Origin: Thermoleophilaceae bacterium
Lineage (GTDB): Bacteria > Actinomycetota > Thermoleophilia > Solirubrobacterales > Thermoleophilaceae
Reading direction: 5' to 3'
Length of the DNA stretch: 64,000 nucleotides
Assembly: GCA_030446485.1 (NCBI GenBank)
Contig: JAUJNF010000001.1
Span: forward strand, 194,018-258,017
Position numbers and translations under genes: made by a program. The notes under the pieces were generated by a model. It was not told the origin of the DNA and searched no databases. It worked only from the letters and a program-made list of their open reading frames with translations. This document shows, piece after piece, positions 26,495 through 35,002 of this stretch (its first letter is position 1; every line of letters starts with the position of its first letter).

Positions 26495-28458
26495 GAGCTC
26501 TCGGCCACCCGTTCCAGGAGCCGCTGCACCTCGTGTTCGGTTTGCCGAAGGTCTTCGTCAATCTCGTCCAAAGGACGTAGGACCTCATCGCGATGAAACA
26601 CTCGCGTGAACGGAAGCTCGCATCCCTCGCGTCCTTGTGGCTCCGAGACCCACGCGTCGGGGGCGAACTGCAGAACTTCGCGTTCCATGTACTCCTCGAC
26701 GCTTTCACCGAGCGGGACTAGCTCGTACTCACGGAGGTCTGGGTCCGGTTCTATGTCGCCCTTCTTGTTGCGAACCTCCGGCGCAGCGGCATCGCGGGTA
26801 CTGAGCGCTGCCCACAACGCCTTCTTTGCGGGCGCGGCAAGCTTGCTCGGGATGACTTGCGCAAGCTTCTGTCCGGCCTCGACACGGGCTGTCGTGTTGA
26901 GACCATTCAATGCTCTCAGCCCTGCGGCGAGCTGGTCCTGGAGCTCCATGCCGAACTTCTGGAAGGCGGCAAGTGCTTGCAGCCGCTCGACGGCCTCCTC
27001 GCCAGCGCGGTAGCGCAATCGCAGGGGGCGCTCGACCGCGACCCGGCGGTAACCGAACTCGTGGTTCTCGAACACCTTGGAGCGCTCGTCCTCCGCGTCG
27101 AACCCTCGCCAGAGGCCGAGCACCTGCTCGATGTGGTCGAGCGAGAGACGGCGGCGCTTGTTGCCGAGGCTCTTGGGCATCTGCTCCCACAGCTCCCGTG
27201 CGTCAATCAGCTGAACCTTGCCCTTGCGGCGCGTCTCCTTGCGGTCGGTCAACACCCAGAGGTAGGTCGAGATGCCGGTGTTGTAGAAGAGCTGCTCAGG
27301 CAGCGCGACGATGGCCTCAAGCCAGTCGTTCTCCAATTGCAACAGCCAGCGCCGGATTTCGCTTTCTCCCGAGCCGGCATCACCCGAGAAGAGAGGTGAC
27401 GCGTTGAAGATGATGGCGATGCGGCTGCCGGCGTCCTGCTCCGGCGGCTTCATCTTCGCGAGCATGTTCTGAAGGAAGAGCAAAGCGCCGTCGCTTTTTC
27501 GCGGGGTCCCGGCACCGAACCGGCCGTCGTAGCCCTTCTGTTCGTGTTCGGCGATGACCGCATCGTGGTCGGCTGCCCAGTCCACGCCGAACGGCGGATT
27601 GGCGAGCATGAAGTCGAAGCGCTGGCCCTCAGCACCGTCCGCCGACAGCGTGCTGCCAGGAGCGATGCGACCGGGGTCCTGCCCCTTGACGAGCAGCTCG
27701 GCGCGGCAGATGGCCCAAGACTCCGGGTTGAGCTCCTGACCGAAAGAAACCAGTCGGGCCTTCGGGTTGCGGTCGCGGACCAACTCCTCGACTACAGAGA
27801 GCATCCCGCCGGTGCCGCATGCCGGGTCGTACACGGTGCGGACGATGCCCGGCGTCGTAAGCAGCTCCTCGTCACCGGCGAGGACCAGTTCGGCGCAGAG
27901 CCGGACGACCTCACGCGGCGTGAAGTGCTCGCCGGCCGTCTCATTCGAGACCTCCGAGAAGCGCCGAATCAGCTCCTCGAAGATATCGCCCATGACCTCG
28001 TTCGGGACGGTGTCCGGGTGGAGGTCGAGGTCGGGGTCGAGGAACTTGCCGAGCACCGAGTAGAGCCGGTCGGCCTTCTCCAAGCGCGTGATGGTCGCGT
28101 CGAACTCGAACGCCTCGAAGATTTCGCGCACGACTGGGTCGAAGCCGGCGAGGTACTCGCGCAGGTGCGTCGCCGCGTGGTCGGGGTCGGCCATGACCTT
28201 TGCGAGCGACAGCTTCGACGCGTTGTAGAAGCGCTGGTCCGCCGCGCGCTTGAGGATGGGGTCGAGGTTCAGCCCACGGCCCTCGTACTTCGCCGCCTCA
28301 GCGAGCACGTGCTCCTTGGTCGGCTCCAGCACCTGGTCGAGGCGACGCAGCAGCGTCAGCGGCAGGATGATGCTGCCGTATTCGTGCTGCTTGAATGCGC
28401 CGCGCAGTCGCTCGGCGATTGACCAAATGAAGTTGACGTGGCCGTTGGTGGAAGGCAT
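26491..28458 (-). CDS. hsdM: type I restriction-modification N6-adenine DNA methyltransferase subunit
   Basis: Inner ATG MPSTNGHVNFIWSIAERLRG (HsdM N-domain). DPACGTGGML (AdoMet site) and MLANPPFG (NPPF catalytic motif) are present. Confidence 0.95.
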   Translation of the reverse strand: MPSTNGHVNFIWSIAERLRGAFKQHEYGSIILPLTLLRRLDQVLEPTKEHVLAEAAKYEGRGLNLDPILKRAADQRFYNASKLSLAKVMADPDHAATHLREYLAGFDPVVREIFEAFEFDATITRLEKADRLYSVLGKFLDPDLDLHPDTVPNEVMGDIFEELIRRFSEVSNETAGEHFTPREVVRLCAELVLAGDEELLTTPGIVRTVYDPACGTGGMLSVVEELVRDRNPKARLVSFGQELNPESWAICRAELLVKGQDPGRIAPGSTLSADGAEGQRFDFMLANPPFGVDWAADHDAVIAEHEQKGYDGRFGAGTPRKSDGALLFLQNMLAKMKPPEQDAGSRIAIIFNASPLFSGDAGSGESEIRRWLLQLENDWLEAIVALPEQLFYNTGISTYLWVLTDRKETRRKGKVQLIDARELWEQMPKSLGNKRRRLSLDHIEQVLGLWRGFDAEDERSKVFENHEFGYRRVAVERPLRLRYRAGEEAVERLQALAAFQKFGMELQDQLAAGLRALNGLNTTARVEAGQKLAQVIPSKLAAPAKKALWAALSTRDAAAPEVRNKKGDIEPDPDLREYELVPLGESVEEYMEREVLQFAPDAWVSEPQGREGCELPFTRVFHRDEVLRPLDEIDEDLRQTEHEVQRLLERVAESS

Positions 28459-28952
28459 AGGACGGGCGGCATGGCCGCGACCTTGTACGCGGGTACGCGC
28501 CAGCACTCGTATTTCTAGCCGCTCGCAGCTAGTCGCGCGAGCCACTCGCTACAGGCCAGGGTCGTCTATCCGCTTCGCTCGCCGCTTGCGCTAGCGCGAC
28601 ACCGCATCCTGAGCGCCTGGCAGGCTGAGAACGCGCGTGACGAAGGCGCGCGCCTGCTCCGTCCAGCCCGGCGACTCGCGCCCGGCGCTCAACCGCAGGT
28701 TCAAGCGCCGGCCGCCTCTTCCTACGAGAGACTCACCGCTGCGTCCACGAAGTGGCCCTGGTTGCGCAGCTGGTCTTCGAGGCCCTCCATCGCTACGGGC
28801 TGCGGACTAGTTCTAGCCGCCCAACTCCGGCGCTGGCGGTCCCCGCAGACCAGCCCTTCCCGCGCCTCTATCCCGCGACCGGGGTGTCGCGGGGCGTCAA
28901 GACCGCCCTTCGTGATTCTCCCGAGGCGACGACCGACCCCCTCCGCAGTCGG

Positions 28953-31385
28953 CTATTGCTCGATTAGGGCTTGAAGATCGTCGCTGCTCAGTTCGCGAGC
29001 CGGGTTGACCTGGCCGTTCACGACCGCGCCCTCGGCTTGCAGCATCTCCACCGGATCACGCGTGTCTTCGGGATCGGTCCACCTGAAGTTCGGGGCGACG
29101 GTCCCGTTGCTCTTGAGGAGGCGGTGAGCGTTCGTGCACTGCCGGCAGGTGGTCACGTGCGCGCCGAGCGGCTGAGCGGCCGTCCCCACCGCGTCCGCCA
29201 GACTGCCATAGGTGGTCCAATGACCCACAGGCAAGGCCGCAAGGATTGTGTGGAGGGCTGACCAATCGAAGCTTGGCGCCATTTTCGCAGGGTCCTCGCC
29301 GGTGTATATGGCTCGGACGTCGAGAAGCCTGCGGCCATCAGGCAGGCTCCAGAACCGCCAGCCGTTGGTGACCGAACCCCCCTTGACGTATCGGCCGGCG
29401 CCCGACGGCGAATCGAAGGTCTTCCCGTCGATGTCAAGGAGCCCGTCAGACCGCACGAGCGCGCTACGAGTCTCCCACGCGCCGGCGCGAGGGGTCAACA
29501 CCGTCCCGGGGGGAAGAAGCCTCGCATCGACGAGGTGTTTGACCTGGATCCAACCCGCTGACTTCTCGTGCGGGTCGACGACGATGCCTTCGTGGCCATT
29601 CGGTACCGGCCACTTCTCCAGGAGCACGTCAATCAGGGCTTCGGTCCGCGCGTCGATACCGGCCTCATCCCAGGTCCCGTCGAGCGTCGACAGAAGTCGG
29701 CTGTTGAGAAGCAGCGTGTCGTGAGCTTGCAGTGCCGTGCGCTTCGATTCCCACGGACCGTTAGAGACCTTGGAGTTCAGCGATGCGGTGAGCAGGGTCA
29801 GGTTTCCAAACCTATGGACGTGCTCGGCTCGGAGCTCCTCGGCGACTGGGTCGCTGACGGGCCAATGATCCGGCCATTTCTGGGGAAGAATGTGCTCGAT
29901 CGGGTATCCACGACGTGGAACCTGCGGCTGATTCGTCGAACGTCGATATTCGTCCTCGATTGCCTCGAAGAGCATCCGTAGACGAGACTTTTTGAAACGG
30001 CGGAAGACCTGCTCAGTGCGAAGCGCTCCCCGAATCTCATCGTCCCCAGGCCAGTACGTACTGGTCACGTTGAGCCGTGACAGGTATCCCTCGATACTCT
30101 CAGCCAGGCCAGCCGGCGGGGTGGGTTCATGCGCGCGGATGATGTCCGCGACGATGCGTCCCATGTCCGCGACAGCCAGGCGCAGGATCTGTCGTCGGAC
30201 CAGCCAGCTCTCGACTGCGGACGTGACGCGGTCGATTACGTCGGCCGGCACGTCGCGGCCGGGCTCGTGCAACCAGATCAGCAACGGCTTCAGCAGCTCG
30301 GTGCCCGACGCCTTCATCCGGTAGACGGCAAGCTCAACCCGGGTGAGCTGTCGGTCGCCCTCGTCCGCCACCGTCGTCCAACGCTCGTATGTCTCCGCCT
30401 GCTTCCGAATCACCGAAAGCAGATCCGCGACCTTCGTTCCTGTCTCGAGCTCGATCTGTTCGACGTACTGCTTGAAGCGCGTGAACGTGGCGCGGAGGCT
30501 GACTTCCTCGCCAAGACGCGTCATCAACCATTGGTTGAAAAAGAGCGAGCTTCGCGGCATGGCGTAGCGACCGACGCTGACCTCCTTCTCCCAGAACTCG
30601 GTCTCAAAGGGCCAATCGTCGAGATGGGCACGCGTGTCCGCCCCCTCGGCGGCCAAGCGCTGGAAAACGAAGTTCCTGATGAGGTCCGCCGCGGTGAGAG
30701 GTGTCCCTCTCGCGTTCAGCGTCTCGAAGATCTCCTGCGAGTTCTCGTTGATCGTTAGGTTGATGGCGACCAGCTGCAATCCGCGGGTCAGTACCCCCGT
30801 AAGCGCCTGCGCACGCTCCGCGACTCCGTCGGCCGCCGGATCCAACCACTCCGTTACGACTTCGGTGAAGTACTCGTGCGCGCGAACCACTCGACCTCCC
30901 GAGTGAAGGAGGGTCTCATGGGCGATGGGAGCCTCGGCGTCCATCACCTCGTCAAAGGCGTGCCGGTCCCGATTGCTATGGCGGAGCTTGAGTCGTGTCT
31001 CAGCGCCCGGGACGTAGATGTTCTCGTTGTGGGTGAGGCGATCGAGTTGTCCCGCAAGTGCGTCTTGACTGATCGTCTCAAGTGCCGCAGCAGCTGCATC
31101 CATGAGCAGCTGAAGTGTGGTCAGCCGCTGCTGCCCGTCGATGATGCTGCTCGCTTGGAGGCCGCCGAGTATCGGCTCCTGCGCTTGTACGACGATCGCG
31201 CCGAGGAAGTGCTTGGCTTCGGCAGCCGGTTGCGCGATCCGGATAGCCGCCAGGCGTCGGACGTCCTGCCAGAGCGGCGCCCACTGTTCCTCCTTTTCCC
31301 AAACATACGGGCGCTGGAACGGGGGCACCACGAGGTGCTGCGGCTGCATGAAGACGTCCTGCGGAGTCCGGACGTGCGTTTCCAT
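28953..31385 (-). CDS. GmrSD-family (DUF262 + DUF1524) type IV restriction-like enzyme with C-terminal RAMA and alkyltransferase-like (MGMT DNA-binding) domains
   Basis: VVPPFQRPYVWEKEEQW and IIDGQQRLTT (DUF262). YPIEHILPQKW...HRFGNLTLLTASLNSKVSN (DUF1524 His-Me finger). LLPPGTVL...DGKTFDSPSGAGRYVKGGSVTNGWRFW (RAMA-like, about 29304-29549). GHWTTYGSLADAVGTAAQPLGAHV...NAHRLL (ATL-like without Cys, about 29061-29273). Confidence 0.85.
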   Translation of the reverse strand: METHVRTPQDVFMQPQHLVVPPFQRPYVWEKEEQWAPLWQDVRRLAAIRIAQPAAEAKHFLGAIVVQAQEPILGGLQASSIIDGQQRLTTLQLLMDAAAAALETISQDALAGQLDRLTHNENIYVPGAETRLKLRHSNRDRHAFDEVMDAEAPIAHETLLHSGGRVVRAHEYFTEVVTEWLDPAADGVAERAQALTGVLTRGLQLVAINLTINENSQEIFETLNARGTPLTAADLIRNFVFQRLAAEGADTRAHLDDWPFETEFWEKEVSVGRYAMPRSSLFFNQWLMTRLGEEVSLRATFTRFKQYVEQIELETGTKVADLLSVIRKQAETYERWTTVADEGDRQLTRVELAVYRMKASGTELLKPLLIWLHEPGRDVPADVIDRVTSAVESWLVRRQILRLAVADMGRIVADIIRAHEPTPPAGLAESIEGYLSRLNVTSTYWPGDDEIRGALRTEQVFRRFKKSRLRMLFEAIEDEYRRSTNQPQVPRRGYPIEHILPQKWPDHWPVSDPVAEELRAEHVHRFGNLTLLTASLNSKVSNGPWESKRTALQAHDTLLLNSRLLSTLDGTWDEAGIDARTEALIDVLLEKWPVPNGHEGIVVDPHEKSAGWIQVKHLVDARLLPPGTVLTPRAGAWETRSALVRSDGLLDIDGKTFDSPSGAGRYVKGGSVTNGWRFWSLPDGRRLLDVRAIYTGEDPAKMAPSFDWSALHTILAALPVGHWTTYGSLADAVGTAAQPLGAHVTTCRQCTNAHRLLKSNGTVAPNFRWTDPEDTRDPVEMLQAEGAVVNGQVNPARELSSDDLQALIEQ

Positions 31386-31790
31386 CAGGCGGTCCTCTGT
31401 GTCGTGATTCTCACACTCGGCTGGGCAGTTAGGCCAAGCACGTCCGCGAGCCTAGATCACGGCCGGGAGACGACGTTCCGACCCCTTCATTCCGTCTACC
31501 TCGGTCCAGACTGAGGGCTATTCCTCCGTGTTCGGCGAGTCCCAAGGGACGAATGTGCTGCCTCATGACGACGGCGGGCACAGGTCTTGCGACCCCCGCA
31601 TTCAACCGCTCGGCCGCCCGTCCGGGCTTTTGCCAGAGGGCAGTCCGGACAGCAGCGGTACCCCGACTAGCGTCTATTCGGGGTCGTTCCGCGTCGGCCA
31701 GGGAGGTCCTGAGCTGTACGAGGCAGGCTGGGATAATCCGGGCCCTGCCGGAGGTGACATGCTCCACTCGATGGGGAGAAAGGACGGACG

Positions 31791-33431
31791 GTGACGCCGA
31801 CTGAGCTAGCGCGAATCCATGCTGAGTTGGAAGGAATAGGGCATGTCCTGCGGGACCGGCGGCTCGCGGTCCCTTCGTATCAGCGCGCCTACTCCTGGCG
31901 GGAACCGCAGGTCGCTGACTTCTGGTGGGACCTACGCGCGGCGTTTGGATCTAAAGCGTCGCAGTACTTCCTTGGATCGATCGTCATCACTGAGGACACG
32001 GAGAGTGGCGGCAGCACCGTCATCGACGGCCAGCAGCGCCTCGCAACCACGGTGATGCTGCTCGCGGCATTCCGCAATCAGTTCGTGACGCGCGGAGATT
32101 CCGACAGGGCCCAGGTGCTCGAGCGCGACTACATCGCGTCAAGGACCTTAAGGACAACGGATCTCGAACCGCGCCTTACGCTGAACGTCACAGATCGAAC
32201 ACAGTTTCGAGAGCTCGTGATCGCACCGCCCGACGCTACTTCGAGCGGTCAAGACGGCGAGCGGAACGCTCTAATGGATCAGGCGTTTGGCTTCCTCGCT
32301 GCGCGTGTCGATGAGGAAGCCCACGCCGCCGGGCGACATTGGGCCGAGCGGCTCGTCGAGTGGGTCGACTTCCTCGAAGAGCGCGCCAGGGTGATCACGG
32401 TAGATGTGTCGTCGGAAGCGGACGCATTCCTCATTTTCGAGACTCTCAACGCTCGGGGCCGAGAGCTTACGGTCGCCGATGTGCTTAAGAACTACCTGTT
32501 CGGACTCGCGCGGGACGAGCTTGAGGCGGTACAGGAGCACTGGCTGTCGGCAATCAGGGCCCTGGAAACCACGGCCGACGAGGAAATTTTCACCACATTC
32601 GTTCGGCACCATTGGAGCTCCTCCAGGGGCGCGACTCGCGAGCGAGAGCTCTATGCGCGCATGAAGTCTGGCCTGACGACTTCTTCCGCTGCCTTGACGT
32701 TCGCCGACGACCTAGACGCTGCCGCCCCTTCCTATGCGGCGTTGCTTAGCTCGGATCACGAGCATTGGACGGCTTCTCCGGAATTGCAGCCGGCCGCGCA
32801 GACACTTCTGCGCTTCGGCCTTGAGCAGAACCGACCGTTGCTCCTCGCGGCAATGCGGCGGTTCGAGTCAGCCGAATTCGCGCAGCTCCTGCGTGCCGTC
32901 ATCTCGTGGTCGGTACGGGGCCTCATCGTGGGCGGTATCGGTGGAGGCAGTACGGAGCGTGCCTATGCCGACGCGGCGGTCCTTGTTAGCGAGCGGACGA
33001 TCTCCACGACGAAAGATGTCTTCGTCGAGCTCGCGTCAGTTATCCCCACAGACGAGTCGTTCATACAGGCGTTCGCACAGCGGCGCGTCAACCGGACCAG
33101 GCTGGCCAAGTACTACCTCATCGCTCTAGCGCAATCCGAGGATGGAAATGCGAGCCCTCTCTTTGTGTCGGACGAGATCGATCAGGACTATCGGCTTGAA
33201 GCGGTGATCCCCCGCAATCCGAACCCTGAGGAGTGGCAAGGATTTCCTGCCGATGAGCTGCGCCAATGGGCTCTGCGCCTCGGGAACCAGTACGTGAGCG
33301 ATTCGCAGGGAGCACGCGCGCCCGTCGGCGATGACCTCGCCTCTCCGGACGTATTCGGACCGGACGACATCGTAGATCGTCAGCGACGCATGGCCGAGCA
33401 AGCGGTGGCGATATGGCCACGACCCTTCTGA
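31791..33431 (+). CDS. DUF262 protein with degenerate DUF1524-like C-terminus
   Basis: GTG start with AAGGA 6 nt upstream. VPSYQRAYSW and IDGQQRLATT are present. The C-terminal YRLEAVIPRNP...LRLGNQYVSDSQ occupies the place of IEHILPQ...GNLTLL...N. Confidence 0.8.
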   Translation: MTPTELARIHAELEGIGHVLRDRRLAVPSYQRAYSWREPQVADFWWDLRAAFGSKASQYFLGSIVITEDTESGGSTVIDGQQRLATTVMLLAAFRNQFVTRGDSDRAQVLERDYIASRTLRTTDLEPRLTLNVTDRTQFRELVIAPPDATSSGQDGERNALMDQAFGFLAARVDEEAHAAGRHWAERLVEWVDFLEERARVITVDVSSEADAFLIFETLNARGRELTVADVLKNYLFGLARDELEAVQEHWLSAIRALETTADEEIFTTFVRHHWSSSRGATRERELYARMKSGLTTSSAALTFADDLDAAAPSYAALLSSDHEHWTASPELQPAAQTLLRFGLEQNRPLLLAAMRRFESAEFAQLLRAVISWSVRGLIVGGIGGGSTERAYADAAVLVSERTISTTKDVFVELASVIPTDESFIQAFAQRRVNRTRLAKYYLIALAQSEDGNASPLFVSDEIDQDYRLEAVIPRNPNPEEWQGFPADELRQWALRLGNQYVSDSQGARAPVGDDLASPDVFGPDDIVDRQRRMAEQAVAIWPRPF

Positions 33432-33454
33432 GCGCCTGGGTCTGAGGTTGCCCG

Positions 33455-34264
33455 ATGCCGGGGCTTCTGACTGCCGAACCCCTTGAGCGTGTGTACTTGG
33501 CTTGGCGCAGGACGGTGCTCACTGACCCAGAAATGCGAGCGATCGACCAGGCGAGCATGCGACAGCTCGCAAACGCCCTCAATGAAGCGCTGACGGGCGA
33601 CGCGCAGGAGGCGCTCGAAGAAGCGTGCGAGCTCCTAGCCGCCCAAGAGCTCAATCCAACGACCTCAATACGAGTAGTCACGACGCTGGTCGAGACGTTT
33701 GTCGATGAGATCGGGGCCCGATCGGGAGCGGAGATCCGAAGCCTCGTCGCGACGCTGGGCCAGGCCTGCGCATCGCTCTCGACCGGCTTGGTTACCCGCG
33801 CCGGAGCTGGCGCTAAGCGCGATCACATGACCGCGCTCCCTAACCGTCAGGCCTTTGACGAGGCCCTTGCGGCAGGCACTCGAGCCGCGCTCGACCAAGA
33901 GAACTCGCTCGTTCTGGCTCATTTCGACCTCGACAACTTCAAGCAGATCAACGACACGGAGGGGCATCCGGCAGGGGACGACATCCTCCGCGGGTTCGCG
34001 GCCGCCCTGAGGGACGAGTTGCCGGAGGACGCGACTGCATACCGGACGGGGGGCGACGAGTTTTGCGCTCTGTTTCCGGACAACGTGAGCGGCTCCGCAC
34101 AAGAGCTTGTCGGCGCGCTGCGGGATCGCGGCGTGGCCGAATTCAGCTGCGGGATCGCCCGAATCTCGCCAGATGTCGCTACACCGGAAGAGCTGTATCA
34201 AGCCGCCGACCAAGAGCTCTACCGGAACAAGGAAGCGCGAAAGTCGCAGCCGGACGCCTCGTAG
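33455..34264 (+). CDS. GGDEF-domain diguanylate cyclase-like protein with unassigned ~110-aa N-terminal domain
   Basis: TALPNRQAF, FDLDNFKQINDTEGHPAGD and YRTGGDEFCALF motifs. It starts 24 bp after the DUF262 gene and has its own GAGG. Confidence 0.85.
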   Translation: MPGLLTAEPLERVYLAWRRTVLTDPEMRAIDQASMRQLANALNEALTGDAQEALEEACELLAAQELNPTTSIRVVTTLVETFVDEIGARSGAEIRSLVATLGQACASLSTGLVTRAGAGAKRDHMTALPNRQAFDEALAAGTRAALDQENSLVLAHFDLDNFKQINDTEGHPAGDDILRGFAAALRDELPEDATAYRTGGDEFCALFPDNVSGSAQELVGALRDRGVAEFSCGIARISPDVATPEELYQAADQELYRNKEARKSQPDAS

Positions 34265-34490
34265 TACGCGGCTCGGTGAGCGGCCAGGCTTCAGCCCGTT
34301 CATATCGAGGCGGATGGCATTGTCTGCGCCGCCTGCGCTCGCCGGGGTCACACGTGCGGGCGCTCCCCGCCGCGCATGGCGAGACGCCCGCCAGGGAGCA
34401 ATCTTCAACGGCTAGCCAACCCGTCAGTCTGTCTTCGCGCGTCGCGCCTGGGGTGCTCGGGCGGCTCCCGGCCCGGACTACGTCTGCGCG

Positions 34491-34820
34491 TCAGCGCGGG
34501 ACGACAACAACCGTCCCCGCGTAGTGCTCACCCGTGGGGGGTTCGAAGACCGCGCGCTTTGCCCGGTTCCCAAGCGTGCGATCACCCACGACAGCATCAT
34601 GGAGCCTCGTGATGTCGGCTAAGCGTGGCGCGCTTTGAGGTTTGACGACGATCGAAACTGCCCCGGCCTTGTAATCGTCGCCTTCTTTGGTCTGCGCATC
34701 AACAAGGAACGCGGGGTGGGCGGTCAGGTCAGCGTCCCCTAACCAAGCGAATTCGGGCTCAGCCGCCACCTTGGTTTCGAACCACGCTCTGACGATCGAC
34801 TCGATGGCTTCTCGATCCAT
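34491..34820 (-). CDS. hypothetical protein
   Basis: Inner ATG MDREAIESIVRAWFETKV with GGGGAGGGG upstream. 109 aa. No family recognised. Confidence 0.5.
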   Translation of the reverse strand: MDREAIESIVRAWFETKVAAEPEFAWLGDADLTAHPAFLVDAQTKEGDDYKAGAVSIVVKPQSAPRLADITRLHDAVVGDRTLGNRAKRAVFEPPTGEHYAGTVVVVPR

Positions 34821-35002
34821 CGGTGGGACGTTACCCCTCCCCGGAGGCGTCTGCCAACTCGGTTGGGAGCGTCTCGTCGTGGTACAGGTGCCGCGCGAGC
34901 CCGAGGAGCTGCTTGGGGGACGAATCCTCTCCGAAGAGCACTGGCGCGACCGCGACGGACCCGAGCCGACCCGCGGCGACGTCAGGCTCGCCACTGGCTC
35001 GC

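Larger units (their letters stand above)
19264..34900. other. defence island, visibly lower GC than both flanks
   Basis: More A/T and weaker GC3 bias by eye. The content is R-M, type IV restriction and defence-gene remnants. No integrase, tRNA or flanking direct repeats were seen. Confidence 0.55.

Noticed and set aside
28459-28952. Spacer between hsdM and the GmrSD-type gene, with a short minus-strand reading MEGLEDQLRNQGHFVDAAVSLS and plus ORFs 28752..28967 and 28762..28974
   Set aside because: Only a 22-codon stretch looks protein-like and no family was recognised. The plus-strand ORFs are Pro/Arg/Ser-rich. Treated as non-coding or remnant.
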